A stretch of 60,387 nucleotides of DNA, taken from NCBI GenBank assembly GCA_903930455.1, contig CAIYYT010000070.1, forward strand, positions 1 through 60,387, written 5' to 3'. The notes under the pieces are model-generated. The model did not search any database. It was not told the DNA's origin and worked only from the letters and a program-made list of their open reading frames with translations. This DNA is from an uncultured bacterium. Lineage in GTDB: Bacteria > Zixibacteria > MSB-5A5 > CAIYYT01. Numbering within the stretch: position 1 is the first letter of the stretch; every line of letters starts with the position of its first letter. Below are positions 39,131 to 48,409 of the stretch, one piece after another. Made by a program: the position numbers and the translations under genes.

Positions 39131-39250
39131 GTAGCCCACCCAGCGGGTGGGGGTTGCATTCAATCTACGCGCTGAATAATGCTGGGAATTCGAACTCGGC
39201 TGCTTTCGAAGGCATCTCGTTGCACCTGTCGTCTTCTGGTAGTAGGCTAC
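39131..39250 (+). repeat. REPIN-like element, copy 1
   Basis: Starts GTAGCCCACCCAGCGGGTGGG and ends GGCTAC; interior aligns with 39838-39978. Confidence 0.75.
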
Positions 39251-39341
39251 CGGCCAACGGGGACGGAATTTCCCGAAAGACAAAGGCCGCCCTCGATCAA
39301 GGACGGCCCTCTTATGAACTATTGGTTGGTGCCTGAGATAC

Positions 39342-39653
39342 TTATGCCCACTTCTTGACGGCGGCAGCAATCGCGGGACCACCTTTCTCAAGATCCTGCG
39401 GAAGCATTACCGGGATGATTTCAATATCCGCATGCAGCCAAAGAAACAATGGCTCGGCAATGGCCGGTATTTGTGAGGCATCATCCATATTTACCACGAG
39501 GTAAGCGCCCCGCTGTCCATTCACGGTCGTGAAATACGCATTCTCGGCCTTTATGTCTGTCAGAAGCTGCTTCATTTTTGATCCAAATTGGGGATCACTC
39601 AGAGCCTCGTTTCCTGCGTCATTCGAAAACGAGAATTTCACCAGGAATTTCAT
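39342..39653 (-). CDS. Small DUF3303/GYD-like alpha/beta protein
   Basis: MKFLVKF...AYFT..NGQRGAYLVVNMDDASQIPAIAEPLFL..ADIEIIPVM; AAAGGA RBS. Confidence 0.8.
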   Translation of the reverse strand: MKFLVKFSFSNDAGNEALSDPQFGSKMKQLLTDIKAENAYFTTVNGQRGAYLVVNMDDASQIPAIAEPLFLWLHADIEIIPVMLPQDLEKGGPAIAAAVKKWA

Positions 39654-39790
39654 TAGGTCGTCCTTTCTGTTATAGAGTAAAACGGTCTACTTATGCTCTT
39701 ATACGCAACCCGCTCCAAAGGTTGCAAAGGAATTTAGCTTTTGTGAAAAAGGCCGGAGGAAAAGGGCCTCGTAGATCAAGCCTTGATGTT

Positions 39791-39830
39791 GCGGCAGGTC
39801 TTAGCTCGCCTTGCGAGCGTGACCTGCCGC
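39791..39830. repeat. GC-rich nested palindrome (second REP-like type)
   Basis: GCGGCAGGTC / GACCTGCCGC perfect 10-bp arms around GCTCGC-ctt-GCGAGC. Confidence 0.6.
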
Positions 39831-39837
39831 TCAGCCA

Positions 39838-39978
39838 GTAACCCACCCAGCGGGTGGGTTTTTCATTAAATCGACACGCTGAATAATGCAGGGAATCCGG
39901 ACATCGGCTGCTATCGACGGTTATCTCACCGCACATTCTGCAGCCGTAGTCATGGAACTCACCCGCTGGGTGAGGTAC
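39838..39978 (+). repeat. REPIN-like element, copy 2 (both inverted REP ends intact)
   Basis: GTAACCCACCCAGCGGGTGGG ... CTCACCCGCTGGGTGAGGTAC inverted termini. Confidence 0.8.
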
Positions 39979-40335
39979 AAAGTGAGGTACAAGTGTGGTC
40001 GTCAGCAGCGCACATAGACGCGGTGGTCAGACACAAGACACAGCCAGCGAAGAAAAACCCACCCGACGCAAGGCTTTGGGTTGGGTACACAGTTTCAATC
40101 TTCTATATTTTACGGGAATAAAACGCTTGAGAGTTTGTATTAGGGGGTGGCAGTACTGGATAGCAGGGAAATTGTTAGGGCGAGATGGGTTTGCCTCGTC
40201 CTCCGTCCCGCCGTGCTTCTATTAGTTAGGACGCGCATCGGAGACACATACGTGAGACGCTGTGTGAGTCTTGAGGAGGTGAGTTTGTAGATCGGGTTCC
40301 CAGTGAAGCGCAGAACCCGACTTACTTGGCTATTC

Positions 40336-40364
40336 TTGACAAACAAATCGTCACAATGTACACT
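40336..40364 (+). promoter_or_regulatory. Sigma70-type promoter
   Basis: TTGACA, 17 bp, TACACT upstream of the DUF4139 gene. Confidence 0.7.
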
Positions 40365-40429
40365 CTGTTCTGATATCACGCAGTGTCTGCAGAGTTCGAT
40401 GCAATTATATCATGGAAGGAGGAACCTGT

Positions 40430-41794
40430 ATGAGAAACGTTTGCCTCATCATCGCATTGCTGCTATCGGCAACCGTCGCTGGCGCCCAAGAAGTCTCCAT
40501 AACGATTTACAATCAGAACTTCGCACTTATCAAAGAGCATCGCGTGCTCGATATTGGAAAAGGGATCGATACGGTCTACATAAAGGGGGTCGCAGCAACC
40601 ATCGATCCCACATCCGTGCTTCTAGAGCAGAAAGAAGCCGTGTCAGGAGTAGTGTTCGGCCAACAGAGCTTCAAGTTTGATCTTCTGTCCAAAGATGCAC
40701 TTTTGGGGAAACTTGTTGGCTCTCCGGTGAAACTGGTTACCGGCACTGGAGAGACTATGAGAGGATTGCTACTTGGCTACACAATGAATGTACCGGAGGG
40801 TATCTTCTTACGAACCGACAATAATGAAATCAAACTAGTAAATTATCCCTCGCTCGTGTCAGTCACATCTCAAATCGGCGAGAACTCTCTTGTCGCTGAG
40901 CCTACTCTTTCCTGGATCGTTTCCAGCCAGACCGAACGGAAATGCGACATAGAGATCAGCTATCTCGCCGACGAGATCGGCTGGCTGGCGCAATATGTCG
41001 CTCTACTCGACCAGGACGGAAAATCTATCACAGTATCAGGTTGGGCTTCTGTGGGCAACCATAGTGGAAGGCCATACGAGAATGCCAGAGTCAAGCTGGT
41101 CACCGGCGACGTTTATTACGGAGGCAAGCCTAAGTTGGGGGGACCTGTAGTGTATAATATGATGGCAGTGAGCGCGTCTCGTCTTGATATCCAGCAGCGT
41201 AGACCTCTATTTGAATACCATCTCCTAGCCTTAGAGAAACCGATCACACTGGAACAGAACGAGACCAAACAGCTGTCATTAATGCTCCCCACGACTGTGC
41301 CGGTTGTCAGATCATATCATTATGACATCGATCCGCAAAACACCAGTGTTGATGTGCTGGTCTCGTTCGAGAATTCCAAAGCTAATAATGTAGGATTTCC
41401 ACTACCCGATGGCAAAATTCGAGTTTATCAAAGAGATACCGACGGATCACGCGAATTCCTGGGTGAAGACAACATGAGCCATACGCCTGCAGGCGAAGAG
41501 GTGCAAGTCCGCGTAGGTAGCGCCTTCGATATACTCGGTGAAACCGAAATAGTCGCGTCTAAGGGATCCAAAAGCTCTGACGAGCGCGAGGAGTCTTACA
41601 AATGTACTTTGCGCAATCGCAAGAACGAGCCGGTCAGAGTAATCGCCACCTATGATCCCGGCTACTACTTTCAAGTGCCGGAAGTTGTTGAGAGTAGTAG
41701 TCCGTATACAAAACGTGGTGCGAAACACGATTTCACTGTCGACGTGCCAGCCAATGGAACTGCAGAATTGACTTTCCTTGTGAGAACGAGATAG
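40430..41794 (+). CDS. DUF4139/DUF4140 family secreted protein
   Basis: ITIYNQNFALIKEHR, IDPTSV, SYLADEIGW.A.Y, LFEYHL, GFPLPDGKIRVY and FLGED motifs. ATG at 40430 follows AAGGAGG. Confidence 0.88.
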   Translation: MRNVCLIIALLLSATVAGAQEVSITIYNQNFALIKEHRVLDIGKGIDTVYIKGVAATIDPTSVLLEQKEAVSGVVFGQQSFKFDLLSKDALLGKLVGSPVKLVTGTGETMRGLLLGYTMNVPEGIFLRTDNNEIKLVNYPSLVSVTSQIGENSLVAEPTLSWIVSSQTERKCDIEISYLADEIGWLAQYVALLDQDGKSITVSGWASVGNHSGRPYENARVKLVTGDVYYGGKPKLGGPVVYNMMAVSASRLDIQQRRPLFEYHLLALEKPITLEQNETKQLSLMLPTTVPVVRSYHYDIDPQNTSVDVLVSFENSKANNVGFPLPDGKIRVYQRDTDGSREFLGEDNMSHTPAGEEVQVRVGSAFDILGETEIVASKGSKSSDEREESYKCTLRNRKNEPVRVIATYDPGYYFQVPEVVESSSPYTKRGAKHDFTVDVPANGTAELTFLVRTR

Positions 41795-41844
41795 TCTTTC
41801 GTGCCGTCTGAGGGCGTTGACATGACTCCCTTCGTCGCGGCATA

Positions 41845-41888
41845 GAAAGAAGAAGGTCAGGACCACTCGGTTCCGACCTTCTTTTCTC
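41845..41888. terminator. Bidirectional intrinsic terminator
   Basis: AAGAAGGTC...GACCTTCTT stem with flanking A/T tracts between convergent genes. Confidence 0.7.
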
Positions 41889-41906
41889 TGTGATGGAATT
41901 ATTTCA

Positions 41907-44234
41907 TCAGCACCTATTATACCCACACCCTCTGCACGTCACGCAGCCGGAGTCATGCTCAAGCTTGGTGCCGCAGTCGGGGCAGACATCGCCGTAGTTG
42001 GATTCGCGTTGGTAATGCTTGCCGTTGCCGAAATGCTTTTTCAAGACCATGCTGATCGCATCCGGAATCGACTTGATCAACTCCCCGTTTTGGAATAGCG
42101 GCGATTCACCACCAATACCAGCAAGCTGCTCGATAATCGCTTCGACCGGCACGCTCGCTCGCAATGCCAACGAAATCAACCGGCAGATCGCCTCGGTGTC
42201 GGCCATCGTCGACCAACCCGATTTGCCGATCTGCGCGAAGACTTCAAATGGCTTGTCGTCTTTGCTATTGATCGTGATGAACAGATTGCCATAGCCGGTG
42301 CGAATGCGTTCGGTGATACCGGCCAACACATCCGGTCGGGCCTCGATCCGCTTGGCGCCGGATAAAGCTGGTGCCACCGTGGGAGCCGCCACGACTTTGG
42401 GTGGTTCGGGTATAAGTTCTAACTGCGGTGTCTCTTCCGGTTTAGCGGGCGTTGCGCCGGTTTTGCCGGTAGACAATACTTGCATCGGACGCGAACCGTC
42501 CCGATAAATGGTCACCCCCTTGCAGCCAAGTTCATAGGCGTACCAGTAGGCGTCATAAACATCCTGTTCGGTAGCGGAGTTATCCATGTTGATCGTCTTG
42601 GATACCGACGAATCACAATTGCGCTGGAACACTGCCTGCATCCGGATATGCTCTTTCGGACTGACATCAGCAGCAGTGACAAACAGGTCGCGCACGTCGG
42701 CGGGGATTTCCTCGAAATTCTTTAACGAGTTGTCCAGCGCGATTCGTTCCATTAATTCCTGACTGTAGAACCCGCGCTGCTTCGCGATCTTTTCGAACAA
42801 AGGATTAACTTCGACCAGCTTCGTGTTGTCCATGACATTGCGGACATACGACACGGCGTAGTAGGGCTCGATCCCCGATGAACAAGCGGCAATGATCGAA
42901 ATCGTGCCGGTCGGCGCGATCGTCGTCACTGTGGCATTGCGCATAGAGACACCCTCTGCGGCAAAGCGCGAGTGTTCCCAGTTGGGGAATTTGCCGCGCG
43001 TCTTGGCCAGCTCGCTGGATTGGATATGCCCTTCGCTGTTGATAAACTCCATCAATTTTTCACCCAGCCGGAATGCTGCTTCACTGTTGTATGGCACGCG
43101 TAGCTTGACCAACATATCAGCCCAGCCCATCACTCCCAAACCGACGCGCCGATTTTTCAGCGTCTGGCTTTCGATCTCCGGAATCGGATATTTGTTCGCG
43201 TCAATAATATTGTCAAGGAAGTGTACCGTGTTCTTGACCAACCGTGCCAGCTTGTCCCAATCTACACCATGTTCGGGATTCTGTTTGGGATCATAATCGT
43301 GCGGGAACTCGTCCACCACCATTTCGCCAAGATTGATTGAACCAAGATTGCAGGAATCGTATGGCGGCAACGGTTGTTCGCCGCACGGATTTGTCGCTTC
43401 GATAACTTCATAGTCAGGGCAGGGTGCCTGTTGATTCATCCGATCGATAAAAATGACTCCCGGTTCTCCGGTCGACCAGGCATGTTTGATAATGCTATTG
43501 AACACCGTCGGCGCATGCTTGGTGATCACCTCACCGTTGACAATATACTCTTTGCCGGTACGCGGATTGATTAGCGCATAATGCCGGTTCTCTTTTACCG
43601 CCTGCATAAACTCGTCGGTGACGGCGATCGAGATATTGAAATTGGTGATCTGCGTGACGTCGTCCTTGCAGGAAACGAATTCATCGATATCGGGATGATC
43701 CACTCGCAGGATACCCATGTTGGCGCCGCGTCTGGTGCCCCCTTGCTTGACGGCCTCGGTTGCGGCATTAAAGACTCGCATAAACGAAACCGGCCCGGAT
43801 GCCACGCCGGAGGTGGACGCCACCACCGAATTGCGCGGACGTAGACGTGAGAATGAAAATCCGGTGCCGCCGCCAGATTTGTGGATCAGCGCCGCATGCT
43901 TGATGGTCTCAAAAATCTCTTCCATCGAGTCGTCGACCGGCAAAACAAAACAAGCGGAGAGCTGTCCCAACGGACGACCGGCGTTCATCAACGTCGGCGA
44001 ATTAGGCATAAACTCCAGATTGGCGACCATCTGGAAAAACTCATCAGCACTCTGCTTGATTTGCTCATCGGTGACACCGTAGTTCTTGTCGGGTAACGAC
44101 ACGGCATCGGCGACACGCCGGAACAATTGCTCGGGCGTCTCGATTATCTGTCCCTCGGCATCCTTGGCCAGATAGCGGCGCTCCAGTACTCGCAGCGCGT
44201 TTTCGGTCAGTGTCCTCTTGGCGTATCCCTGCAT
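41907..44234 (-). CDS. nrdJ: Class II (adenosylcobalamin-dependent) ribonucleotide reductase
   Basis: PNSPTLMNAG, QLSACFV, GGTRRGANM, TNPCGEQP, CNLGSINL and TIAPTGT motifs; C-terminal CPDC/CRGC..C. Confidence 0.95.
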   Translation of the reverse strand: MQGYAKRTLTENALRVLERRYLAKDAEGQIIETPEQLFRRVADAVSLPDKNYGVTDEQIKQSADEFFQMVANLEFMPNSPTLMNAGRPLGQLSACFVLPVDDSMEEIFETIKHAALIHKSGGGTGFSFSRLRPRNSVVASTSGVASGPVSFMRVFNAATEAVKQGGTRRGANMGILRVDHPDIDEFVSCKDDVTQITNFNISIAVTDEFMQAVKENRHYALINPRTGKEYIVNGEVITKHAPTVFNSIIKHAWSTGEPGVIFIDRMNQQAPCPDYEVIEATNPCGEQPLPPYDSCNLGSINLGEMVVDEFPHDYDPKQNPEHGVDWDKLARLVKNTVHFLDNIIDANKYPIPEIESQTLKNRRVGLGVMGWADMLVKLRVPYNSEAAFRLGEKLMEFINSEGHIQSSELAKTRGKFPNWEHSRFAAEGVSMRNATVTTIAPTGTISIIAACSSGIEPYYAVSYVRNVMDNTKLVEVNPLFEKIAKQRGFYSQELMERIALDNSLKNFEEIPADVRDLFVTAADVSPKEHIRMQAVFQRNCDSSVSKTINMDNSATEQDVYDAYWYAYELGCKGVTIYRDGSRPMQVLSTGKTGATPAKPEETPQLELIPEPPKVVAAPTVAPALSGAKRIEARPDVLAGITERIRTGYGNLFITINSKDDKPFEVFAQIGKSGWSTMADTEAICRLISLALRASVPVEAIIEQLAGIGGESPLFQNGELIKSIPDAISMVLKKHFGNGKHYQRESNYGDVCPDCGTKLEHDSGCVTCRGCGYNRC

Positions 44235-44399
44235 AAGCTCTCTCTCCCTCTATGAAGCAACTGCGTGATGAAAGGGACTATTTAGTCAGATCGTCGTAGC
44301 TTCCTTGCATATTAACGTTCCAACGGCCCCGTCGGAAATCACATTTGTAAACTCTCGCGCCGTGTAAGTCTGTCCTCTCCGGGTTGCGGCGCGGGGGGC

Positions 44400-44428
44400 A
44401 GGTTAGCGGAATGTCAGAAATGTGTCAA
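44400..44428 (-). promoter_or_regulatory. Sigma70 promoter of nrdJ
   Basis: Minus strand TTGACA, 17 bp, TAACCT. Confidence 0.65.
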
Positions 44429-44446
44429 ACATAAAATTTTGAAAAA

Positions 44447-44495
44447 ACACAATATGTAGTATCAACAACGACTTACCCGCCACAATATATACGCA
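44447..44495. promoter_or_regulatory. Tandem NrdR boxes
   Basis: ACACAATATGTAGTAT (44447-44462) and CCACAATATATACGCA (44480-44495) match acaCwAtATaTwGtg and lie 33 bp apart upstream of nrdJ. Confidence 0.8.
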
Positions 44496-44673
44496 TTCTG
44501 GTATAAGCCTGCTTGTGCCAGTCTTCCGGCAATTCCCAAGTTTGTGAGAGAGAATCGATTGCGGGAATTGACGGAATCGGTCATGGCATTATCGACTCTC
44601 GGAGAATCATGTTGACATCCATGTTTGAGTAAGAGAAGTTGCTCATATCTTACGAACCGGAGGTTTGCTAGCG

Positions 44674-45003
44674 ATGACTTGCCCGTTGTGCCTTAAGACG
44701 GCGATGCCTTTCTCGAGATTCCTATTCGTGATCGACCAGCGCTCTGTGAGTTGCGGCCACTGCGGCGAGCAATTGCGACTCTCACCGAGATGGTCTCGCA
44801 TCTGGTGGACTTCACTGATTGTCGGCTGCTTAGTCGCATTGGCGTCGATTATTCTGAGGCGTATAATTGGCTGGGGTCTCTGGACGAATGTGGCAGCGTT
44901 GATTGTGATTGCCGCTGTCGCCAATTGGTACTTCTGGCGCTCTGCCATCTATGAAGCGAAATCCGAAATCTCTCGGCCAGCTGCAGACTTAGAATTGCCT
45001 TGA
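44674..45003 (+). CDS. CxxC-x20-CxxC zinc-ribbon membrane protein
   Basis: CPLC, exactly 20 aa, CGHC, then two TM helices; GGAGG upstream. Confidence 0.75.
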   Translation: MTCPLCLKTAMPFSRFLFVIDQRSVSCGHCGEQLRLSPRWSRIWWTSLIVGCLVALASIILRRIIGWGLWTNVAALIVIAAVANWYFWRSAIYEAKSEISRPAADLELP

Positions 45004-45049
45004 CAAAGCCGTCCTTCTCGGGCTAATTGCCCGATTGGAGGAAAGCGTA

Positions 45050-45724
45050 TTGTCAATCAAAGACGGAGTTCTAAGGGAGCAGCTTTGCCAAGTCGGTAAG
45101 TTGCTTTATGAAAAGGGGTTAATTGCCGGAACACAGGGGAATCTCTCCTGTCGGGCTTCTGACGGGCAGATCTTGATCACGCCAAAAGGCGGTTGTAAGG
45201 GCATGCTGCAACCGGACGACATCGTGCTAATCAGTTCCTCTGGCATACCGGTTGATCCCGAGCAGACTCCATCGTCCGAATATCGCATTCATTTGCACGG
45301 TTATAAGCGCCGCGAGGATTTCCAGGCAGCCGTGCATGCGCATCCGTCGTATGCAACCGCCTTTGCTCTTGGTGGCGTTATGCTCGATATCTCCGAGCTT
45401 CCGGAAGGGCGCGCCAATTTTGGCGAGATACCTTTTATAACCTATGCTGAACCGGGGACGCAGGACTTGGCCGATCGGTTGGGGAATCTGGTCCTCGGCT
45501 ATCATACGTTTTTGCTGGAAAACCACGGCGTCATGTCGTTTGGATCAAACCTGATGGAGGCTTTCTTCCGTGTAGAGATGGCTGAACAGATGGCCAAGAC
45601 GATCTATCTCTCGCGTGTGCTCACCGATGTCTCTCTGGTGTACGAAGAGGGCGCTTTTGCCGATGATGACGAGATCTTTGGCGAAGATGAATCTGAATTC
45701 CATCCTCCAAGAGGCAACGGATGA
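45050..45724 (+). CDS. Class II aldolase/adducin family protein
   Basis: GNLS, ITPKG, PSSEYRIH, VHAHP and LENHG motifs; acidic tail. TTG at 45050 follows GGAGG. Confidence 0.9.
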   Translation: MSIKDGVLREQLCQVGKLLYEKGLIAGTQGNLSCRASDGQILITPKGGCKGMLQPDDIVLISSSGIPVDPEQTPSSEYRIHLHGYKRREDFQAAVHAHPSYATAFALGGVMLDISELPEGRANFGEIPFITYAEPGTQDLADRLGNLVLGYHTFLLENHGVMSFGSNLMEAFFRVEMAEQMAKTIYLSRVLTDVSLVYEEGAFADDDEIFGEDESEFHPPRGNG

Positions 45725-46902
45725 AGATCACTAAGCGCGTGGTGGTAAGTGCTGCCGAGCGAATTCAGCAATTGCCCGCGCCGTTTCTGAGTGAACTACA
45801 GGGATTGTGTAAGACTCTGGAACGCCGGGGTAAAGAGATTGTCGATCTCGGCAAATACGCCATCCATGTGCCCCTTGCTACGCAGATGTCTGCTAGTCCC
45901 TCCGATGGGACAGCCATTGCGAAAACCTTCGCCGACTACCTTGCGCTCGAATATCAAATCGAAATTGATCCGATGCAGGAGATTCTGCTCGTGCCGGGAA
46001 TCCGTGCCGCGCTGCTCTTAACCACGGCGCAATTTGTAGACGCGGGTACGACTTGTCTTCTTCCTGATCCCGGCTACGATGCCTACCGCAAACTGGTATT
46101 GCTCTTTGAAGGCAAACCGCGCAGTTGCCCGGTCTATCAACGCAATGACTACCTGCCGAATCTTGAGCAGTTCGACCGGATCGCTTCCAGGTCACCGCGT
46201 TTGTTGTTCCTGACCTCGCCGCACAATCCCACCGGCGCCGTCTGTGATGAAAACTTCTATTCGCGTTTGCAGCGGCTGGCTGCCGATGCGAATATTCTTG
46301 TTGTCGCCGATTCTTCATACGCCCTTTCGTATTCCGGCAATTTTCGGCCACCGTTGTTCTGCCAATCGCGCAAACGGCTCCGCCTCGGTATCGAGATGTT
46401 CAGCTTCTCCACTAATCTGGCAGCGCCACAACTGAAACTCACCGCAATCGTCGGTCGCAAACGCATGATCGACCCCTTGGCGACGCTGGCGCGTTCACTT
46501 GGCCTGCTTCCTAGCGCGCCGTTGCTGACTTATGCGGCTCCCTATTTTGCCTCTGCGGAATCACTGGCGAATCATATTGCTCGCTGCCGAGAAGAGATCA
46601 GCTTGCGCATGAATGTTATCGTCGAGGCGCTCCAAAGTGCCGGCATCGAGTTTTACCCTGCATTTGGCGCAGGTTTTGTCTGGGTCAAGTTGAGACGCGG
46701 ACGGTTGTCAGTCAGCTTTGCGCGTGGATTGCTGCGTCATCGGGGCATTCTTGTTACGCCCGGCACTGCATTTGGCGAGGAAGGTGAGGGCTGGATCAGA
46801 ATTGCAGCCAATGTTGAATCCGACAGACTGCGGGAAATCATGACTGCTCTGGTACGCGCCTACCAGCCGATCAAATCACGTTTGCACCGGAGAACCGACT
46901 GA
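45721..46902 (+). CDS. Class I/II aminotransferase fold (DapL-like) lacking the PLP lysine
   Basis: PDPGY, PHNPTG, DSSY and PGTAFG..GEGWIR motifs, but SFSTN at the SxSK position. Confidence 0.8.
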   Translation: MKITKRVVVSAAERIQQLPAPFLSELQGLCKTLERRGKEIVDLGKYAIHVPLATQMSASPSDGTAIAKTFADYLALEYQIEIDPMQEILLVPGIRAALLLTTAQFVDAGTTCLLPDPGYDAYRKLVLLFEGKPRSCPVYQRNDYLPNLEQFDRIASRSPRLLFLTSPHNPTGAVCDENFYSRLQRLAADANILVVADSSYALSYSGNFRPPLFCQSRKRLRLGIEMFSFSTNLAAPQLKLTAIVGRKRMIDPLATLARSLGLLPSAPLLTYAAPYFASAESLANHIARCREEISLRMNVIVEALQSAGIEFYPAFGAGFVWVKLRRGRLSVSFARGLLRHRGILVTPGTAFGEEGEGWIRIAANVESDRLREIMTALVRAYQPIKSRLHRRTD

Positions 46903-47261
46903 TGGATGTCATCAGACTGAAGAATATGACTTTCTACGGCTATCATGGCGTCAGCGCCGCCGAAAAAGAGACCGGTCGACGATATGAAGTCGATTGTGAT
47001 CTGCACCTTGATCTCACGCTGCCTGCCAAGACTGACAAGCTGTCGGATACGGTGAACTATGCACAGGTTTATAGCATTGTCGAGGATGTCTTGAACGGCA
47101 AGCGCTATTCCTTGTTGGAGGCAATTGCCGCGGATATCGCCGGGCGAGTCTTGCAACTCGACCATATCAGAGGAGTTGTAGTCAGAGTGAGAAAAATGAT
47201 TCCTCCGATACCGGGGAATCTCGATCATATCGAAGTTGAAATTCAGCGAGGGAGGGAGTAG
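46902..47261 (+). CDS. folB: Dihydroneopterin aldolase
   Basis: FYGYHGV..EK..G, DKLSDTVNY, LLEAIA and VRK motifs. Confidence 0.95.
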   Translation: MDVIRLKNMTFYGYHGVSAAEKETGRRYEVDCDLHLDLTLPAKTDKLSDTVNYAQVYSIVEDVLNGKRYSLLEAIAADIAGRVLQLDHIRGVVVRVRKMIPPIPGNLDHIEVEIQRGRE

Positions 47262-47753
47262 GCTATCAGCATCTATCTTTCTTGCGGTTCCAATCTCGGT
47301 GACCGAGTTGCCAACATCCAACATGCGTTGGAGCAACTTCAGGACAACGGCGACGTAACAGTCCTGAGGCGGTCGGGTTATTATGAAACCTCGCCGGTGG
47401 AAAACACCGACCAGCCATTTTTCATTAACGGCGTGATCGAAGTTGATACTCGGCTGTCATCTCGGCAGCTTTTGGACAAGATCAAGGTTGTTGAAGCACT
47501 CTTTAATATGCAGCTAAGAATTAACAAGGGCCCTCGTGTGATCGATCTGGATATCCTTTTGTACGGCGATGAACACATCGATTCCGACCAGCTTCAGATT
47601 CCGCATCCCGCCATCTGCCGACGCAAATTTGTATTGGTGCCATTGCTGGAAATCGAACCGGACGCGCTTTGTCCGGTCGATCATCGTCGGTATGATGAAT
47701 GTCTGGCGCTACTAAACGACCCATCACAGAAGGTGGAAATCTATCATGGATGA
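47262..47753 (+). CDS. folK: 6-hydroxymethyl-dihydropterin pyrophosphokinase (no canonical start; in frame with folB)
   Basis: IYLSCGSNLGDR (47271 onward), YETSP, GPRVIDLDIL, IPHP and RKFVLVPL motifs. The frame is open from 47262. Confidence 0.9.
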   Translation, partial: AISIYLSCGSNLGDRVANIQHALEQLQDNGDVTVLRRSGYYETSPVENTDQPFFINGVIEVDTRLSSRQLLDKIKVVEALFNMQLRINKGPRVIDLDILLYGDEHIDSDQLQIPHPAICRRKFVLVPLLEIEPDALCPVDHRRYDECLALLNDPSQKVEIYHG

Positions 47754-48408
47754 TCGCTTTTCCCATCTTCGCTATGTCGCCGTCGACGGTCCGATCGGCG
47801 TCGGCAAAACAACCTTCTGCCGCATCCTGGCCGACCGCATCGGCGGACATCTGGTGCTGGAAGAGGCGGACAAGAATCCGTTCTTGAAAGATTTCTACCG
47901 CGACCGCAAGCGTTACGCTTTACAGACGCAGTTTTTCTTTCTGCTGTCGCGTTATGCCCAGCAGAAGGAGTTGATCGAATACGATCTCTTCAAGAAGAAA
48001 ATAGTCGCCGACTACACTTTCGAGAAGGATTTCCTATTTGCGCAATCCAATCTCACGGAAGACGAACTCTCACTATACAAACAGGTCGCAGAGTTGCTAA
48101 AGAAGAATCTCCCAAAACCGGATTTGGTTGTATTCCTGACGGCATCGGTGGAAGTGCTTACGGCGCGAATTAAGAAACGCAATATCACTTACGAACGGAA
48201 TTTCGATGCTGAATACCTGACTTCAGTCGTGGAGGCGTATAATCATTACTTCTTTCACTATAACCGGACCCCGCTCTTGGTGATCAAGACGGATCAGTTG
48301 GATTTCGTCGAGAACTCAAATCATCTTGATGAGATCTTCACTCAGATCGCCGAGATGCGTCAAGGGACGCGCTATTTTACGCGCGGGGACGAAATGCTGG
48401 GGTTGTAA
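47746..48408 (+). CDS. Deoxynucleoside kinase (dCK/dGK family)
   Basis: DGPIGVGKTT, NPFLKDFY, QFFFLLSR and PDLVVFL motifs. Confidence 0.92.
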   Translation: MDDRFSHLRYVAVDGPIGVGKTTFCRILADRIGGHLVLEEADKNPFLKDFYRDRKRYALQTQFFFLLSRYAQQKELIEYDLFKKKIVADYTFEKDFLFAQSNLTEDELSLYKQVAELLKKNLPKPDLVVFLTASVEVLTARIKKRNITYERNFDAEYLTSVVEAYNHYFFHYNRTPLLVIKTDQLDFVENSNHLDEIFTQIAEMRQGTRYFTRGDEMLGL

Positions 48409-48409
48409 A

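Noticed and set aside
39131-39978. CRISPR array
   Set aside because: Only two long diverged repeats about 700 bp apart, no regular spacers and no cas genes.
40140-40330. GTTAGG motifs and an orphan GAGGAGG ribosome-binding site
   Set aside because: The motifs do not fit GTTRRRY with a partner site, and the RBS leads to an immediate stop; at most a decayed remnant.
44235-44400. Cobalamin riboswitch upstream of nrdJ
   Set aside because: No B12-box or other conserved riboswitch elements were seen.
47259-47261. Genome-wide UAG recoding
   Set aside because: Many genes here end at UAG at family-typical positions (both M16 genes, lemA, rho, rpmE) and RF1 is intact.
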